Below are positions 27,775 through 39,957 of a stretch of 56,407 bases of DNA, piece after piece. Numbering within the stretch: the stretch's first letter is position 1; each line of letters opens with the position of its first letter. Below the pieces are notes generated by a model. The model ran no database searches and was not told the origin of the DNA. It saw only the letters and a list, made by a program, of their open reading frames with translations. This stretch comes from Frankiaceae bacterium (GTDB lineage Bacteria > Actinomycetota > Actinomycetes > JAFAQI01): assembly GCA_030840525.1 (NCBI GenBank), contig JAVEEI010000012.1, positions 1 through 56,407 on the forward strand, given 5' to 3'. The translations under genes were made by a program, and so were the position numbers.

Positions 27775-29763
27775 CTACTGCTCCTTGACGAGTACGACGT
27801 TGTCGTCGCGGAGGTCGATGACCGTGGGCGTCGCCTCGGCTGCTTCGGCGGCGTGCAGTACGTCGGTGATCTCGCGGCCGATGAGCTCGTTGCGCTCGAG
27901 CAGCGCGTCGCGGAGCGCGGCGATGAGGTGCTGGTTGGCCTCGAGCTTGCCCTTGATCAGCGTCTTCTGCTCCTGCAGCAGCTCCTCGACCCGGCGGCGG
28001 CCGTCGTTGTCGGAGAGCACCCGACCGACGATGTTCGTGTCGTTCATCGCGCCGTTCTGTACGGCGACGAACGACACCAGCGTTCCGGCCATACCGGCCG
28101 CGCCGACCATCTGCGCCGCGACGTTCGTCGCGTAGAGCAGGTCGCCGCCGGGGCCGGTCGAGATGTCGTCGAAGAACAGCTCCTCCGCGACCTGCCCCGC
28201 CATCGCGATCTGGATCAGCGCGAGCATCTCCTTGCGCGACCGCGTGTAGACCTCTTCGGCATCGCCGTGGGCGAGCATGCCGAGCGCCTCGCGCCGCTTG
28301 ATGATCGAGAGCACCTCCAGCCGGCGCGACGGGGCGACGAGGTACGCCGCGGTCGCGTGGCCGGCCTCGTGCGTCGCGATCAGCTTCTTCTCGTGCACCG
28401 TGTAGCCGACCGGCTGACCCATGCCGATCTCCTCGACCAGCCGGGCCTGCTCGACGTCGCGCCAGCTCATCGCCGGCGCACCCCGCCGTACGGCATTGAT
28501 CAGCGCCTCGTCGAGGAGGTGCTCGATCATCACCGGCGTGTAGCCGTGCGTGATCGAGGCGAGCGCGTTGCGGTGCTCGTCGTCGTCGAGCTCGGCCTCG
28601 TGCGACTTGCGGGCGAGGTAGAAGTCGAGCAGCGCGCGCCGGCCGCGCATGTCCGGCCGCTCGAACGTGAGCGCGCGGTCGAACCGGCCGGGACGCAGCA
28701 GCGCGGGGTCGAGCGAGTCGGCGCGGTTGGTCGCGGCGATGACGAGCACGTTCGGCCGCGGCGGCGTGCGCTTCTTCAGCTGGCGGCTCATCGGCAGCAG
28801 CAGGTTGGCGCCGTCGACGACCTTGCTTACGAGCTTCTGCCACCCGCTCGGCTCGTCGAACGACTGCATCTGCACGAGCAGCTCGTTGACGACACCGCTC
28901 GCACCCTCGCTGGTGAAGCCGTTCGTCACCATCCCCGCGGGCGCGACCGACGGCGCGCTGAGGAACGACGACGGCAACGCCGTCACGCCGCCGCAGCACT
29001 GCACCGACTTCGTGAGGTCGGTCGGCGCGAACTGGTCGTTGGCGGTCATCGCGAGACCGCGCCGGCTGGTGCCGATCGCGTCGATCTCCTCGATGAACGC
29101 GATCGCGCCGCCCTCGGCGAGCGCCGCCTTGCGCACGGCCTTGAAGTACTTGCGGATCTTCAGCGCGGTCGCGCCGTACAGCATCGACTGGAACGACGTC
29201 GCGGAGACGAACAGGAACGGGACGCCGGCCTCGCGGGCCATCGCCTTCGCCGTATGCGTCTTGCCGGTGCCGGGCGCGCCCTCGAACAACAGGCCGCGGC
29301 GCGGCGTACCGCCCATCGCACCCGCGAACGTCTTGTGCGACAGGAACAGGTTGAGCGACCGGACGACCTCGTCCTTCACGCCATCGATGCCGACGACGTC
29401 GTCGAGGCTGACGCCGATCTGCTCGGGCCGGTACATCACGTGCGGCGACCGGCCGAAGAACAGGAACGGCATCACGGTGCCGAGGACGGCGACGAGCACC
29501 ATCGCGCCGATGAACACCCACATCGGGTCGACCGACGGGATGCGGAAGAAGTCGACGCCGTGCCCGGCGAGGATGCGCCACCACAGCAGCACCGCGGGGA
29601 CGCCGAACCACTTCGCCACCCGCCAGAGCCGCTCGCGGCGCAGGTCCTCGCGGTTGCGGCCGACGTCCGCGCCGGCCAGTCCGACGACGCCGCGCCCGCC
29701 CGCCGAGGCGAGCAGCGGGTTGGTGACGAGGCCGCCCGCGGCGGTGGTGTCGTTGCGCTCCAT
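27775..29763 (-). CDS. FtsH-like membrane AAA+ zinc metalloprotease (atypical paralog)
   Basis: Two N-terminal TMs, GAPGTGKT, FIEEIDAIG, AATNR..LDPALLRPGRFDR, HEAGH, STGPGGDL; GAGGAG RBS. Confidence 0.88.
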   Translation of the reverse strand: MERNDTTAAGGLVTNPLLASAGGRGVVGLAGADVGRNREDLRRERLWRVAKWFGVPAVLLWWRILAGHGVDFFRIPSVDPMWVFIGAMVLVAVLGTVMPFLFFGRSPHVMYRPEQIGVSLDDVVGIDGVKDEVVRSLNLFLSHKTFAGAMGGTPRRGLLFEGAPGTGKTHTAKAMAREAGVPFLFVSATSFQSMLYGATALKIRKYFKAVRKAALAEGGAIAFIEEIDAIGTSRRGLAMTANDQFAPTDLTKSVQCCGGVTALPSSFLSAPSVAPAGMVTNGFTSEGASGVVNELLVQMQSFDEPSGWQKLVSKVVDGANLLLPMSRQLKKRTPPRPNVLVIAATNRADSLDPALLRPGRFDRALTFERPDMRGRRALLDFYLARKSHEAELDDDEHRNALASITHGYTPVMIEHLLDEALINAVRRGAPAMSWRDVEQARLVEEIGMGQPVGYTVHEKKLIATHEAGHATAAYLVAPSRRLEVLSIIKRREALGMLAHGDAEEVYTRSRKEMLALIQIAMAGQVAEELFFDDISTGPGGDLLYATNVAAQMVGAAGMAGTLVSFVAVQNGAMNDTNIVGRVLSDNDGRRRVEELLQEQKTLIKGKLEANQHLIAALRDALLERNELIGREITDVLHAAEAAEATPTVIDLRDDNVVLVKEQ

Positions 29764-29798
29764 GACGGCGGCTCCTCGAAAAAACTTCCCGGAAACGC

Positions 29799-29826
29799 TC
29801 AAGTGCCGGTACGACGGTGCCGAAAC
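29799..29826 (+). promoter_or_regulatory. sigma28/WhiG-like promoter pointing into a non-coding region
   Basis: TCAA-N16-GCCGAAAC. Confidence 0.45.
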
Positions 29827-29933
29827 ACTGCTCCAGGCGACCTGCACGTACCCGAAGTCTGTCACCGATAGTCGGTGCTGGCTACGGACAGTGACCGAAT
29901 CACCCGGTTGGCCCAATGCGTCCCGCGCCTCGC

Positions 29934-29967
29934 GCCGTCAGCGCGACATCTATGTCGCGGTGGCGGC
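29934..29967. terminator. Stem-loop downstream of mshB
   Basis: GCCGTCA-G-CGCGACAT-CT-ATGTCGCG-G-TGGCGGC. Confidence 0.55.
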
Positions 29968-29989
29968 AATGATCATGGGACTCGCCGGG

Positions 29990-30874
29990 TCAGAGGCCGG
30001 CGAAGAGGTCGGTCTCCTGCCACTCGCCGCCGCCGGCCGGGCCGAGCTCGCCGCGCACGAGCCGGAAGTGCTCGTAGCCGAACGCCTTCTGCCCGATGTT
30101 GTTGGACAGCGCGAACAGCGGCCCGTCGACCGCGATCTGCGTCGCGTGCGCCCGCATCGCGTCGAGCTTGGCGTCGAGGTAGTCGCGGGCGTCGACCTGC
30201 GTCGTGACGGTGTCGTCCTCGTCGCCGAACGGCAGGTCGTCGGGCGAGCTGACCCCGAACGGCAGCTCCTCGCCCATCTGCCTCATCATCTCGAAGCCCT
30301 GGCGCAGGAACGACTTCGGCAACGCTAGGTAGTAGAGCTTCGACGGCTGCCACGGCGGCCCGGCGTCCGGGTAGCGGGCCGGGTCGGCCGCCGCGTCGTA
30401 CGCCGCCACCGCGACCCGGTGCGCCTGGATGTGGTCCGGGTGGCCGTAGCCGCCGTTCTCGTTGTACGTGACGACGACCTGCGGCCGGACCTCGCGGACC
30501 ACCGCGACGAGCGCGCCCACGGCCTCGTCCATGTCGGCCTGCCAGAAGCAGTCCGGGCGGTCGTTGGCCGGCGTACCCATCATTCCGCTGTCCCGCCACC
30601 GGCCGGCGCCGCCGAGGAACCGGTGGTCGGCGACGCCGAGCGCCTTCATCGCCGCGGCGAGCTCGCCGATGCGGTGCTGGCCGAGCCCGTCCTCCTTGTC
30701 GCTGGCGAGACGCTCGAGCTCCGGGACGAGGACCTCGCCCTCCTCGCCAAGCGTGCAGGTGACGAGGGTGACCTGCGCGCCTTCGGCCGCGTACTTCGCC
30801 ATCGTCGCGCCGGACCCGATGACTTCGTCGTCGGGGTGCGCGTGTACGAGCAGGAGTCGCCGGTCGTCGTTCAT
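29990..30874 (-). CDS. mshB: GlcNAc-Ins deacetylase (mycothiol biosynthesis)
   Basis: [60 protein letters not shown]. Confidence 0.92.
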   Translation of the reverse strand: MNDDRRLLLVHAHPDDEVIGSGATMAKYAAEGAQVTLVTCTLGEEGEVLVPELERLASDKEDGLGQHRIGELAAAMKALGVADHRFLGGAGRWRDSGMMGTPANDRPDCFWQADMDEAVGALVAVVREVRPQVVVTYNENGGYGHPDHIQAHRVAVAAYDAAADPARYPDAGPPWQPSKLYYLALPKSFLRQGFEMMRQMGEELPFGVSSPDDLPFGDEDDTVTTQVDARDYLDAKLDAMRAHATQIAVDGPLFALSNNIGQKAFGYEHFRLVRGELGPAGGGEWQETDLFAGL

Positions 30875-31287
30875 CCGCGCCAATCTACGAGACCGGCCCG
30901 CAGCGGTACGACGTGCGGGCGGTCCGCGGGAAGCCAGGCGACTTCGTCGTGCTCGTCCGCGGCGAGCCAGCGCAGCGCCGAGTGCTGGTGCGGCCGCGGC
31001 TCCCCCGCGACGACCCGCGCCCACCAAACGCGCAGCACGAACGACGGATCGACCGCAGGCAGATCCACCCCGACGCGATCGAGTACGACGATAGAGACGC
31101 CGAACTCCTCCCGGCACTCGCGGACCAACGCGGCGATGTCGGTCTCGCCCGGCTCGACCTTGCCGCCGGGCAGTTCCCATTGTCCCGCAAGGGATTCCGG
31201 GTAGGCACGCTGCGCCGCGAGCACCCGCGGCGGCGGCCCGGGCGCCACGATCGCCGCCGCGACGACGACGATCGCGTCCATGGACAT
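30871..31287 (-). CDS. NUDIX hydrolase (MutT-like)
   Basis: [27 protein letters not shown] Nudix box; WLPAD. Confidence 0.9.
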   Translation of the reverse strand: MSMDAIVVVAAAIVAPGPPPRVLAAQRAYPESLAGQWELPGGKVEPGETDIAALVRECREEFGVSIVVLDRVGVDLPAVDPSFVLRVWWARVVAGEPRPHQHSALRWLAADEHDEVAWLPADRPHVVPLRAGLVDWRG

Positions 31288-31320
31288 GAGCGTGCCCTAT
31301 CGCTCGATACAGTGAGGCCG

Positions 31321-32586
31321 ATGGTCGGGTCCGCGCAGCCGAGCGCGCTCGCGACCCGGCTGGTCGTTCTCGCGTGGTGCCTCCTCTCGGTCGGCGCGAG
31401 CGTGCACGAAGGCGAGTACTCCCCGGCTGGCCTGGCCTGTGTCGTGCTCGGGCTGCTGCTGCTGGCCGCGGTCGTGGCGGCCGGGCTGGCGCCGCGGCGG
31501 CCGACCCGCGACGAGCTCGCGGTCGCCGTCGCGGTGTCGCTGGTCGGCGCGATCGCGCACCCGGTCGACCGGCTGATGCACACCGGCGGCGGCGACCTCG
31601 TGGCGATACAGGTCCTCGCCCTCGTCACGGTTGCCGCGACAGCGCTGGGCCTGGGGCTGCTGCGCCCGCGCACGGCGTGGGCGGTCGGCGCCGGGCTCGC
31701 GCTGGCGACCGGGTGCGTGGTCATCGCCGTCGTGACCAACCCGAAGATCGACGTCTGGTACCTGCTGCAGCAGTCGAGCAGCGGCCTGCTCTCCGGCGAC
31801 GACATGTACCGGCAGCACTGGGCGCACAGCCACGGCCTGCAAGCCGTCTACCCGTACCTGCCGATGTCGACCGTGCTGCTCGCGCCGTTCCGCTGGATCG
31901 CGGGCGACGTGCGGGTGGGCCTGCTGCTCGCGTCGGTGGGCACGTCGGCACTGCTACGGCGGCTCGCACCGGCCGCACCGGCCGCGCTGTCGCTGCTGGT
32001 GCTGGTGCACCCGCACTGGGCGTTCCTCGTCGACCAGTCGTGGACCGAGCCGCTGCTGCTGTTCCTGCTCTGCGCCGCCGTGCTCGCGACCGAGCGCCGC
32101 CGGCCGGTGCTCGCGGTCCTCGCACTCGCGGCCGCGCTCGCGGCGAAGCAGCACGTCGTACTTTTGTTGCCGTTGTTCGCATTGTGGCCCGCGTTCGGCT
32201 GGCGCCGTACCCTCGCCGCCGCCGCGGTGGCGGCGCTCGCGATCGCACCGTGGGTGGTCGCCGGGCCGGCGGACTTCTGGCACGACGCCGTGCACGCCAA
32301 CCTCACGCTCGGCGTGATCCCGCGCGCGCTGTGCGTGCCGAGCTTCCTGTTGCGGCACGGCATCACCGTGGGCTTCTGGTTCCCGTTGCTGGCGCTGCTC
32401 GGGGCGTACGCCGCCTGCCTGCGCGGGCCGCGGACGGCGGCCGGTCTGGCGCTGGGATCCGCCCTCGTACTCTGGACGGTCGACGCCACCAACAAGCAGT
32501 CGTTCTTCAACCACTACACGCTGCCGCTCGGCCTGCTGGTGTTGGCACTGACCGCTGCGGCTCGACCGAACGAGGAACCGGCATGA
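31321..32586 (+). CDS. Polytopic membrane protein, probable GT-C fold glycosyltransferase (GT87-like)
   Basis: About ten TMs; PKIDVW, YPYLP, GDVR, WTEP, KQ, F.N.Y motifs. Confidence 0.6.
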   Translation: MVGSAQPSALATRLVVLAWCLLSVGASVHEGEYSPAGLACVVLGLLLLAAVVAAGLAPRRPTRDELAVAVAVSLVGAIAHPVDRLMHTGGGDLVAIQVLALVTVAATALGLGLLRPRTAWAVGAGLALATGCVVIAVVTNPKIDVWYLLQQSSSGLLSGDDMYRQHWAHSHGLQAVYPYLPMSTVLLAPFRWIAGDVRVGLLLASVGTSALLRRLAPAAPAALSLLVLVHPHWAFLVDQSWTEPLLLFLLCAAVLATERRRPVLAVLALAAALAAKQHVVLLLPLFALWPAFGWRRTLAAAAVAALAIAPWVVAGPADFWHDAVHANLTLGVIPRALCVPSFLLRHGITVGFWFPLLALLGAYAACLRGPRTAAGLALGSALVLWTVDATNKQSFFNHYTLPLGLLVLALTAAARPNEEPA

Positions 32587-33398
32587 CGGCGCTGGAGAGT
32601 ACGACCGACGAGGTCGCCGACGCCGTCGTCGCGTCCGGGCCGGGCCCGGGGCGGCAGCGGTGGTGGCTCGAGATCCCGCTCGCGGTCGCGTTCTACTTCG
32701 CGTACGCGCAGATCCGCGACTGGCACGGCAGCGCGACCGTGCACGCGGCCCGCGTCACCGCGCGCCACCACGGCTTCGACGTGCTGCGGCTCGAGCGCTG
32801 GCTGCACATCGACTGGGAGAAGGGCGCGCAAGCGGTCTTCGTACCGAACGTGCGGCCGCTCGTCGTCGCGATGAACGTCTTCTACGGCACCGCGCACTTC
32901 CTCGTCACGGTCGGCGTCTTCCTGTGGCTGCTGTTCCGCGCCGCGCCGCCGGTCTACCGGCACGCGCGCAACGTGCTGTGCCTCGGTACGGCGATCGGGC
33001 TGGTGTGCTTCGCGCTCTACCCGACGATGCCGCCGCGGCTGATGCCCGCCGGCATCAAGACACAGGACACGATGGACACGGTCGGCAGCCTGTGGTCGTA
33101 CAACCACGGCGTGCTCGAGCACATCTCCGACCCGTACGCCGCGATGCCGAGCTTGCACATCGTGTGGTCGTCGTGGGTCGCGTACGTGCTGTGGTCGTGG
33201 CTCGGCCGCCGCGGCCGCGCGCGTGCCCGCTGGCTCGCCTGGCTCTACCCGCTGGTGACCGGTCTCGTCGTCGTGGTCACCGGCACGCACTGGGTGCTCG
33301 ACCTCGCCGGCGGTGCCGCCGTGTTCGCACTCGCGGTCGCGGCCGCGAAGGGGATCGACCGGGTCACTTCGCGTCGGTCGGCGGCCCGTACTCGTTGA
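32583..33398 (+). CDS. PAP2 family membrane phosphoesterase/phosphotransferase (Aur1/IPC-synthase-like)
   Basis: YPTMPPRL, YAAMPSLH, TGTHWVLD. Confidence 0.85.
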   Translation: MTALESTTDEVADAVVASGPGPGRQRWWLEIPLAVAFYFAYAQIRDWHGSATVHAARVTARHHGFDVLRLERWLHIDWEKGAQAVFVPNVRPLVVAMNVFYGTAHFLVTVGVFLWLLFRAAPPVYRHARNVLCLGTAIGLVCFALYPTMPPRLMPAGIKTQDTMDTVGSLWSYNHGVLEHISDPYAAMPSLHIVWSSWVAYVLWSWLGRRGRARARWLAWLYPLVTGLVVVVTGTHWVLDLAGGAAVFALAVAAAKGIDRVTSRRSAARTR

Positions 33399-34916
33399 GG
33401 CTCATGGTCTCGTTGTACGACGAGTCCCGCCGTACCGGTTGCTTCGGGATGCCGCGCAACGCGACGAGGTTGTCGATCACGCCGCTGCAGTCGTTGGTCA
33501 ACGGCTTCACCTGTAGCGACCAGACCAGCCACACCCGGTGACTGCCGGCCATGTCGCTCACCTGTCGCGCGAACCGCTGCGGGTTCGCGGTCTCGATCCG
33601 CTTGCGGTAGTCGACCCAGTCGACGACCGCGGGCGCACCGAAGGTGGGGAACACGAGCTGCTTGACGCCGGTGTGCAGTAGCCGCGACGTCGGCGGGCCG
33701 AGCTGGTCGGGGCAGTAGACGACGACGTCGCCCGGGCGGGCCTGGTGGTCGAGCACTGCCGCGACGAGACCGGCCTGGCTGCGCGGCTGCCACGCGTTCT
33801 GCAGGCAGATGCTCAGCTCGGCGACGACGAGCACCGCGAGCATCGCGCGGCGGGCCCGACGTGTCGGCAGTACGGCGATGCCGCACGCAACGACGACGAG
33901 GAACAGCCCGGCACTCATCGCGAGGTAGCGCGGTGCGTAGGCCTGCTGGTCGGCCACGTCGACGACGATGGCGATGACCAGCGCGCCGAGCGCGGCGGCG
34001 AGCAGCCGCGACGGCAGCCGCGCGAACGTCGTCGTGAGCACCACGTGGCCGCGGCCGCCGCGACGGCCGATCAGCGCGATGACGACGGCGGCCAGCGCGA
34101 CCAGCGCGGCGACCTGCGCGGCGGCGTTCGCGCCACCCATCCACGCATCGATCGTGTCGAGCACCGCCGAGCCGTCCGGTGGCGGCGCCCACGGCGCACC
34201 GGTGTGCTTCGACTGGTACAGCAGGATCGGCACCCACGGCAGGAACGCGACCGAGCCGATGACCAGCGCGAGCAACGCGCGGCGGGCACCGGGGTCGCGC
34301 CGCCGCCAGGCCAGCCAGAGCTCACCGGCACCGAGGACGCCGACCGCGAACACCGCGTAGTAGTGCGTGTAGAGCGCGGCGGCGGTGACGGCGGCGAGCC
34401 CGGCGGTCGCCCGCTTCGTGCCGTGCCGGTGCACCGAGAGCACCGCGTGCGCGCCGGCGAGCGACAGCAGCATCAGCAGGCTGTACATGCGCGTCTCGAC
34501 GGCGTACCGGACGGCGAACGGCGAGATCGCGAGCAGGACGACCGACGCGATGCCGACCGCGTCACCACCGATCCGGCGACCGAGCCGCACGACGACCGGG
34601 AGCGAGAGCACGGCGGGGATCCCCGACAGCGTGCGGACCGAGAACGTCGAGTCGCCGAACACCTGCATCCAGAGGTGCAGCAACGCGTAGTAGAGCGGCG
34701 GCGCTCCGTCGTGCTTCAGCGCGGCGGGCAGCGCGCCGAACGAGTGCTTCGCGATCGCGACCGACTGCGCCTCGTCGAGCCACAGCGGGCCGCGGGAGAG
34801 GAACCGCAGCACGACCCCGGCGGCGACGACGGCGACGATCCCGACCGCCGCCCAGTCACGCCGCCGGATGACCCGAAGCTCGTCGGCGAGCGGCCCCCGC
34901 TGCGGGCCGACCAGTG

Positions 34917-34920
<4 letters not shown>
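33364..34920 (-). CDS. GT39/PMT-like membrane glycosyltransferase
   Basis: LWLDEAQS, PPLYYALLHLW, YAVETRMYSL, YTHYY, PRY; ATGA overlap with the upstream oxidoreductase. Confidence 0.82.
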
Positions 34921-36443
<1,523 letters not shown>

Positions 36444-36488
36444 GCTCTCCTCCAGGGTCGCGGGGTGGCCGGATGCCACGATGGGCCG

Positions 36489-38081
36489 GTGCCAGGACCG
36501 GCGCTCGCCACTCCATGGTCCCCGATCGGGCGCCGGGCAAGCACAACCGGCCTCGTCGCGGCCCCTGCCGTCGTCGCCGTAGCGCTCGCCGTCGCCGTAG
36601 CGGCGGGCATCGCGCTGCTGCTCGCACCCGCCGCCGGCACCGACCTCGCGGCCCAGCAGGCGCGGTCCGCGTTCGCCGCGCAGCACCCCGGCGCGGCCGT
36701 CGACTTCGGCTGGTTCGGCGCGGTGTTCCCGGCGGCCTACAGCGTGCTGGCGCCGTACGTCGAGTCGCTGCTCGGGGTGCGGGTCGCCGGCGTGCTGGCG
36801 GCGGTCGCCGGCGCGCCGCTGCTCGCACTGCTGCTGCTCCGCTGGGGCGTACGGCGGCCGCTGCTCGCCTCGGTCTGGGGCGCGCTGGCGCTCGTCGCGA
36901 ACATGGCCAGCGGCCGGACGGCGTTCGCGCTCGGGCTCACCGCGGCGCTGGCCGCGCTGGTGCTGGTGCCGCCCCGCGGCAGCCGGCCGCTCGCGTGGGT
37001 GCCGGCCGCGCTCGCGTCCATCCTGACGACGCTGGCCAGCCCGGTGGCGGCGCTGTTCCTCGGCTTCGTCGCCGTCGTGTGGGCGCTGCGCCGCCGCGGC
37101 CTCGTAACGCTCGCCGTCGCGGCCGCGGTCCCGCTCGCGGCGGTCGCGCTGCTGTTCCCGGAGCGCGGGTCGATGCCGGACGAGTGGCCGGTGACCCGAC
37201 CGCTGCTGCTCGGCTGCGTCGCCGTCGCCGTACTCTGCCGCGCGCCGTTGCTACGGATCGGCGCCGTCTTCTACGCCGCGGTCGTCCTTGTCGTCTATGC
37301 CGTCCCCGGCCCGATTGGCTCGAACGTCGAACGACTTGGCCTGCTGTTCACCGGGCTCGCGCTGGCCGCGGACGCCGCGTTGCCGCTGCCGCTGCTCGTC
37401 GTCGCGGTCGTCGTCGCCGGGCAGTGGACCGCGCGCGACCCGTGGCGCGACCTGCACGAGACGTCGGCGCTGGCGACCGAGCATGCCGCCGCGCACCGCC
37501 TGGTGCGCATCCTCGACGGGCTCGGGCCGCTCACCGGACGGGTCGAGGTGGTGCCGTTCCTCGACCACGGCGAGGCCGACGTCGTCACCGGGCCGGCGCT
37601 GCTCGCGCGCGGGTGGGAGCGCCAGCTCGACACCGTCCGCGCCGCCCCGCTCTACCTGTCGTCGCTCACCGGCGAGCAGTACGCTGACTGGCTGCGCGGG
37701 CACAGCGTCGAGTACGTCGCGCTCGGCCGGCACCGGCACGACTGGTCGGCCCGCAGCGAGCTGCGGCTGCTCGCGGCGGGAGTCCCCGGCCTGCAGGTCG
37801 TGCACACCGACCCCGAGTGGACGGTGTGGTCGGTCGCCGGCTCGCCGCCGGTCGTGGGTGGCGGCGGGCACGCGCTGCGGCTCGGCCGCGCCTCGATCGT
37901 CATCGCCGCCGACGGCTCTGGTTCCGTCCTCGTCGACGTGCCGTGGTCGCGCTGGCTCACGGTGAGCGCGGGCGCCTGCGTCCGCCGCGACGGCTCGACC
38001 GTCGCCGTCGTACCGAGGTATGCGGGGACGTTCGTGCTGACGTCGTCGTACGGCGCGCTGTTTACGGGTCGGCGTTGCTAG
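36489..38081 (+). CDS. Conserved actinobacterial polytopic membrane protein (possible GT-C)
   Basis: TM-rich N-terminal two thirds with DLAAQ, SGRTAFALG, PIGSNVERL; soluble C-terminus with RVEV and ARGWERQLD. Confidence 0.65.
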   Translation: MPGPALATPWSPIGRRASTTGLVAAPAVVAVALAVAVAAGIALLLAPAAGTDLAAQQARSAFAAQHPGAAVDFGWFGAVFPAAYSVLAPYVESLLGVRVAGVLAAVAGAPLLALLLLRWGVRRPLLASVWGALALVANMASGRTAFALGLTAALAALVLVPPRGSRPLAWVPAALASILTTLASPVAALFLGFVAVVWALRRRGLVTLAVAAAVPLAAVALLFPERGSMPDEWPVTRPLLLGCVAVAVLCRAPLLRIGAVFYAAVVLVVYAVPGPIGSNVERLGLLFTGLALAADAALPLPLLVVAVVVAGQWTARDPWRDLHETSALATEHAAAHRLVRILDGLGPLTGRVEVVPFLDHGEADVVTGPALLARGWERQLDTVRAAPLYLSSLTGEQYADWLRGHSVEYVALGRHRHDWSARSELRLLAAGVPGLQVVHTDPEWTVWSVAGSPPVVGGGGHALRLGRASIVIAADGSGSVLVDVPWSRWLTVSAGACVRRDGSTVAVVPRYAGTFVLTSSYGALFTGRRC

Positions 38082-38132
38082 GAGTCGCGGGCGCGTCGGT
38101 GGGGAAGGACAGGGGCATCACGAGGAGGACAC

Positions 38133-38738
38133 ATGGCGACGTTGCTCGACGACAGGTTGGTGGCCGACGCCCTCGACGGGCTGCACGAGTGGACCGGCGG
38201 GCCGGACCGGATCAGCCGGACCGTGACCGTCGAAGACACCGACGCGCTGCTCGCGGCGGTGACCGAGTCGGCCGACACGCTCGACCACCATCCCGAGGTA
38301 TCGCATGACGGCGGCGCGGTGACGTTCACGCTCTGGACCCACTCGGCCGGTGGCGTGACCGAACTCGACATCGCGCTCGCGTCGCGCATCGACGACCTCG
38401 TCCTGATGACGCAGCACCTCGTCCGCGACGCGACCGGCAACGTGCACTCCGCCGACGACCCGAAAGCTGGCACCGGCACGGGGCAGACCGTGACCGCGGC
38501 GGCGGCGTACCCGACCGAGGGCGAGACAACTCCGACCCGGCCGAGCGAGTCCGCGACCGGCGACGCGACGTCCGAGGACGGCATGGACGCGCCGCTGATG
38601 AACGAGCCGGGCACACCGCGCCAGGACGCCGGGCCGGTCGTCGTACCGGACGCCGAGCCGGGGTCGGTCGAGCCGCAGCCGGGCAACGCCGCGGCACCCG
38701 GGATGCACGAGCGCGTGGAGAACGACGACGACCGCTGA
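38133..38738 (+). CDS. Pterin-4-alpha-carbinolamine dehydratase domain with acidic disordered tail
   Basis: DHHPEV, LWTHSAGGVTELDIALA; GAGGAGG RBS. Confidence 0.8.
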   Translation: MATLLDDRLVADALDGLHEWTGGPDRISRTVTVEDTDALLAAVTESADTLDHHPEVSHDGGAVTFTLWTHSAGGVTELDIALASRIDDLVLMTQHLVRDATGNVHSADDPKAGTGTGQTVTAAAAYPTEGETTPTRPSESATGDATSEDGMDAPLMNEPGTPRQDAGPVVVPDAEPGSVEPQPGNAAAPGMHERVENDDDR

Positions 38739-38766
38739 CCCGACGGTCCGCGGCTAGCCTTTCGCC

Positions 38767-39675
38767 GTGGATCTCAACCCGTACATCGTGCTCGGCAGCG
38801 CGGTGGTCGGGTTTCTCGTCGGCATGACCGGCGCGGGTGGCGGCGCGCTGATGACGCCGATGCTCATCCTGCTGTTCGGAGTGACGCCGTCGACCGCGAT
38901 CTCGAGCGACCTCGTCGCTGCTGTGGTCATGCGGCCGCTGGGCGCGTTCGTGCACCTGCGTCGCGGCACGGTCAACCTGCGGCTGGTCGCGTGGATGGTG
39001 CTCGGCTCGGTGCCGACCGCGTTCCTCGGCACGTATTTGCTGCACCAGGTCACCGGCGCGCACCAGGCGGAGAAGCTCATCCAGCGGGCGCTCGGCGCCG
39101 CGCTGCTGCTCGGTACGGCAGCCATGTTGTTGCGTTACGCCCTCGACCGGCGCGGCGGCCATCGCCGTACCGAGCGCGTGCACGCCGTCACCGCGCGACC
39201 CGTTGCCACGGTGCTGATCGGCATGGTCGGCGGACTCGTCGTCGGCTTCACGTCGGTCGGGTCCGGGTCGTTGATGATCGTGCTGCTGCTCTTCGTGTAC
39301 CCGATGCTCGGCGCGAACCAGCTCGTCGGCACCGACCTCACGCAGGCGGTCCCGCTGACCGCCGCGGCCGCGGCCGGCGCGCTGTTGTTCGGCCACGTCG
39401 CGTTCCCGGTGACGGCGTCGGTCGTCCTCGGCAGCGTGCCCGCGGTTGCCGTCGGGTCGCTGCTGTCGTCGCGCGCGCCGGACGCGTACGTCCGCCCGGT
39501 CATCACGTTCGTCATCTTCGCGTCGGGGTTGAAGTACGTCGGTGTCGGCACGACGGCGCTGGGCTGGGTGCTGGTCGTGACGTTGTTCGCGGTCGCGGCG
39601 GCGTGGCTCGCCGTACGGCGGCCGTGGCAACCCGCTGTCGTTCCGGCGGAAGCGGTTTCGGAGGACGCGCCGTAG
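38767..39675 (+). CDS. Sulfite exporter TauE/SafE family protein
   Basis: VGMTGAGGGALMTP, TSVGSGS, LVGTDLTQAVPL. Confidence 0.88.
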   Translation: MDLNPYIVLGSAVVGFLVGMTGAGGGALMTPMLILLFGVTPSTAISSDLVAAVVMRPLGAFVHLRRGTVNLRLVAWMVLGSVPTAFLGTYLLHQVTGAHQAEKLIQRALGAALLLGTAAMLLRYALDRRGGHRRTERVHAVTARPVATVLIGMVGGLVVGFTSVGSGSLMIVLLLFVYPMLGANQLVGTDLTQAVPLTAAAAAGALLFGHVAFPVTASVVLGSVPAVAVGSLLSSRAPDAYVRPVITFVIFASGLKYVGVGTTALGWVLVVTLFAVAAAWLAVRRPWQPAVVPAEAVSEDAP

Positions 39676-39911
39676 TGGTCAGTGTGCTGCTGTCCGTGAC
39701 GTTCGCGTGCGGCGTGCTGATCGCCGTCGCACACGTCCTCAACACCGGCTTCGTCGCGCCGCCGTACGACGTCGTGGCGAACCTGACCGCGTTCGGCTGC
39801 GCCGTCGCCGCGTCGGTGCTGCTCGGGCACTGGTTGCCCGCGCTGCTCTCCTCGGTCGCGATCGTGTGCTGGCTCGTGCTCGCGCGCCGCACGATCCGCG
39901 CGCGCCGCTAG
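39675..39911 (+). CDS. Small three-TM hypothetical membrane protein
   Basis: GTG overlapping the tauE stop; hydrophobic 78-aa ORF ending in a basic tail; fills the gap before ychF. Confidence 0.5.
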   Translation: MVSVLLSVTFACGVLIAVAHVLNTGFVAPPYDVVANLTAFGCAVAASVLLGHWLPALLSSVAIVCWLVLARRTIRARR

Positions 39912-39957
39912 TCCCGCGCCGCTGTCCTAGGCTTGCGGCGGCTGGAGAGAGGCTCTT

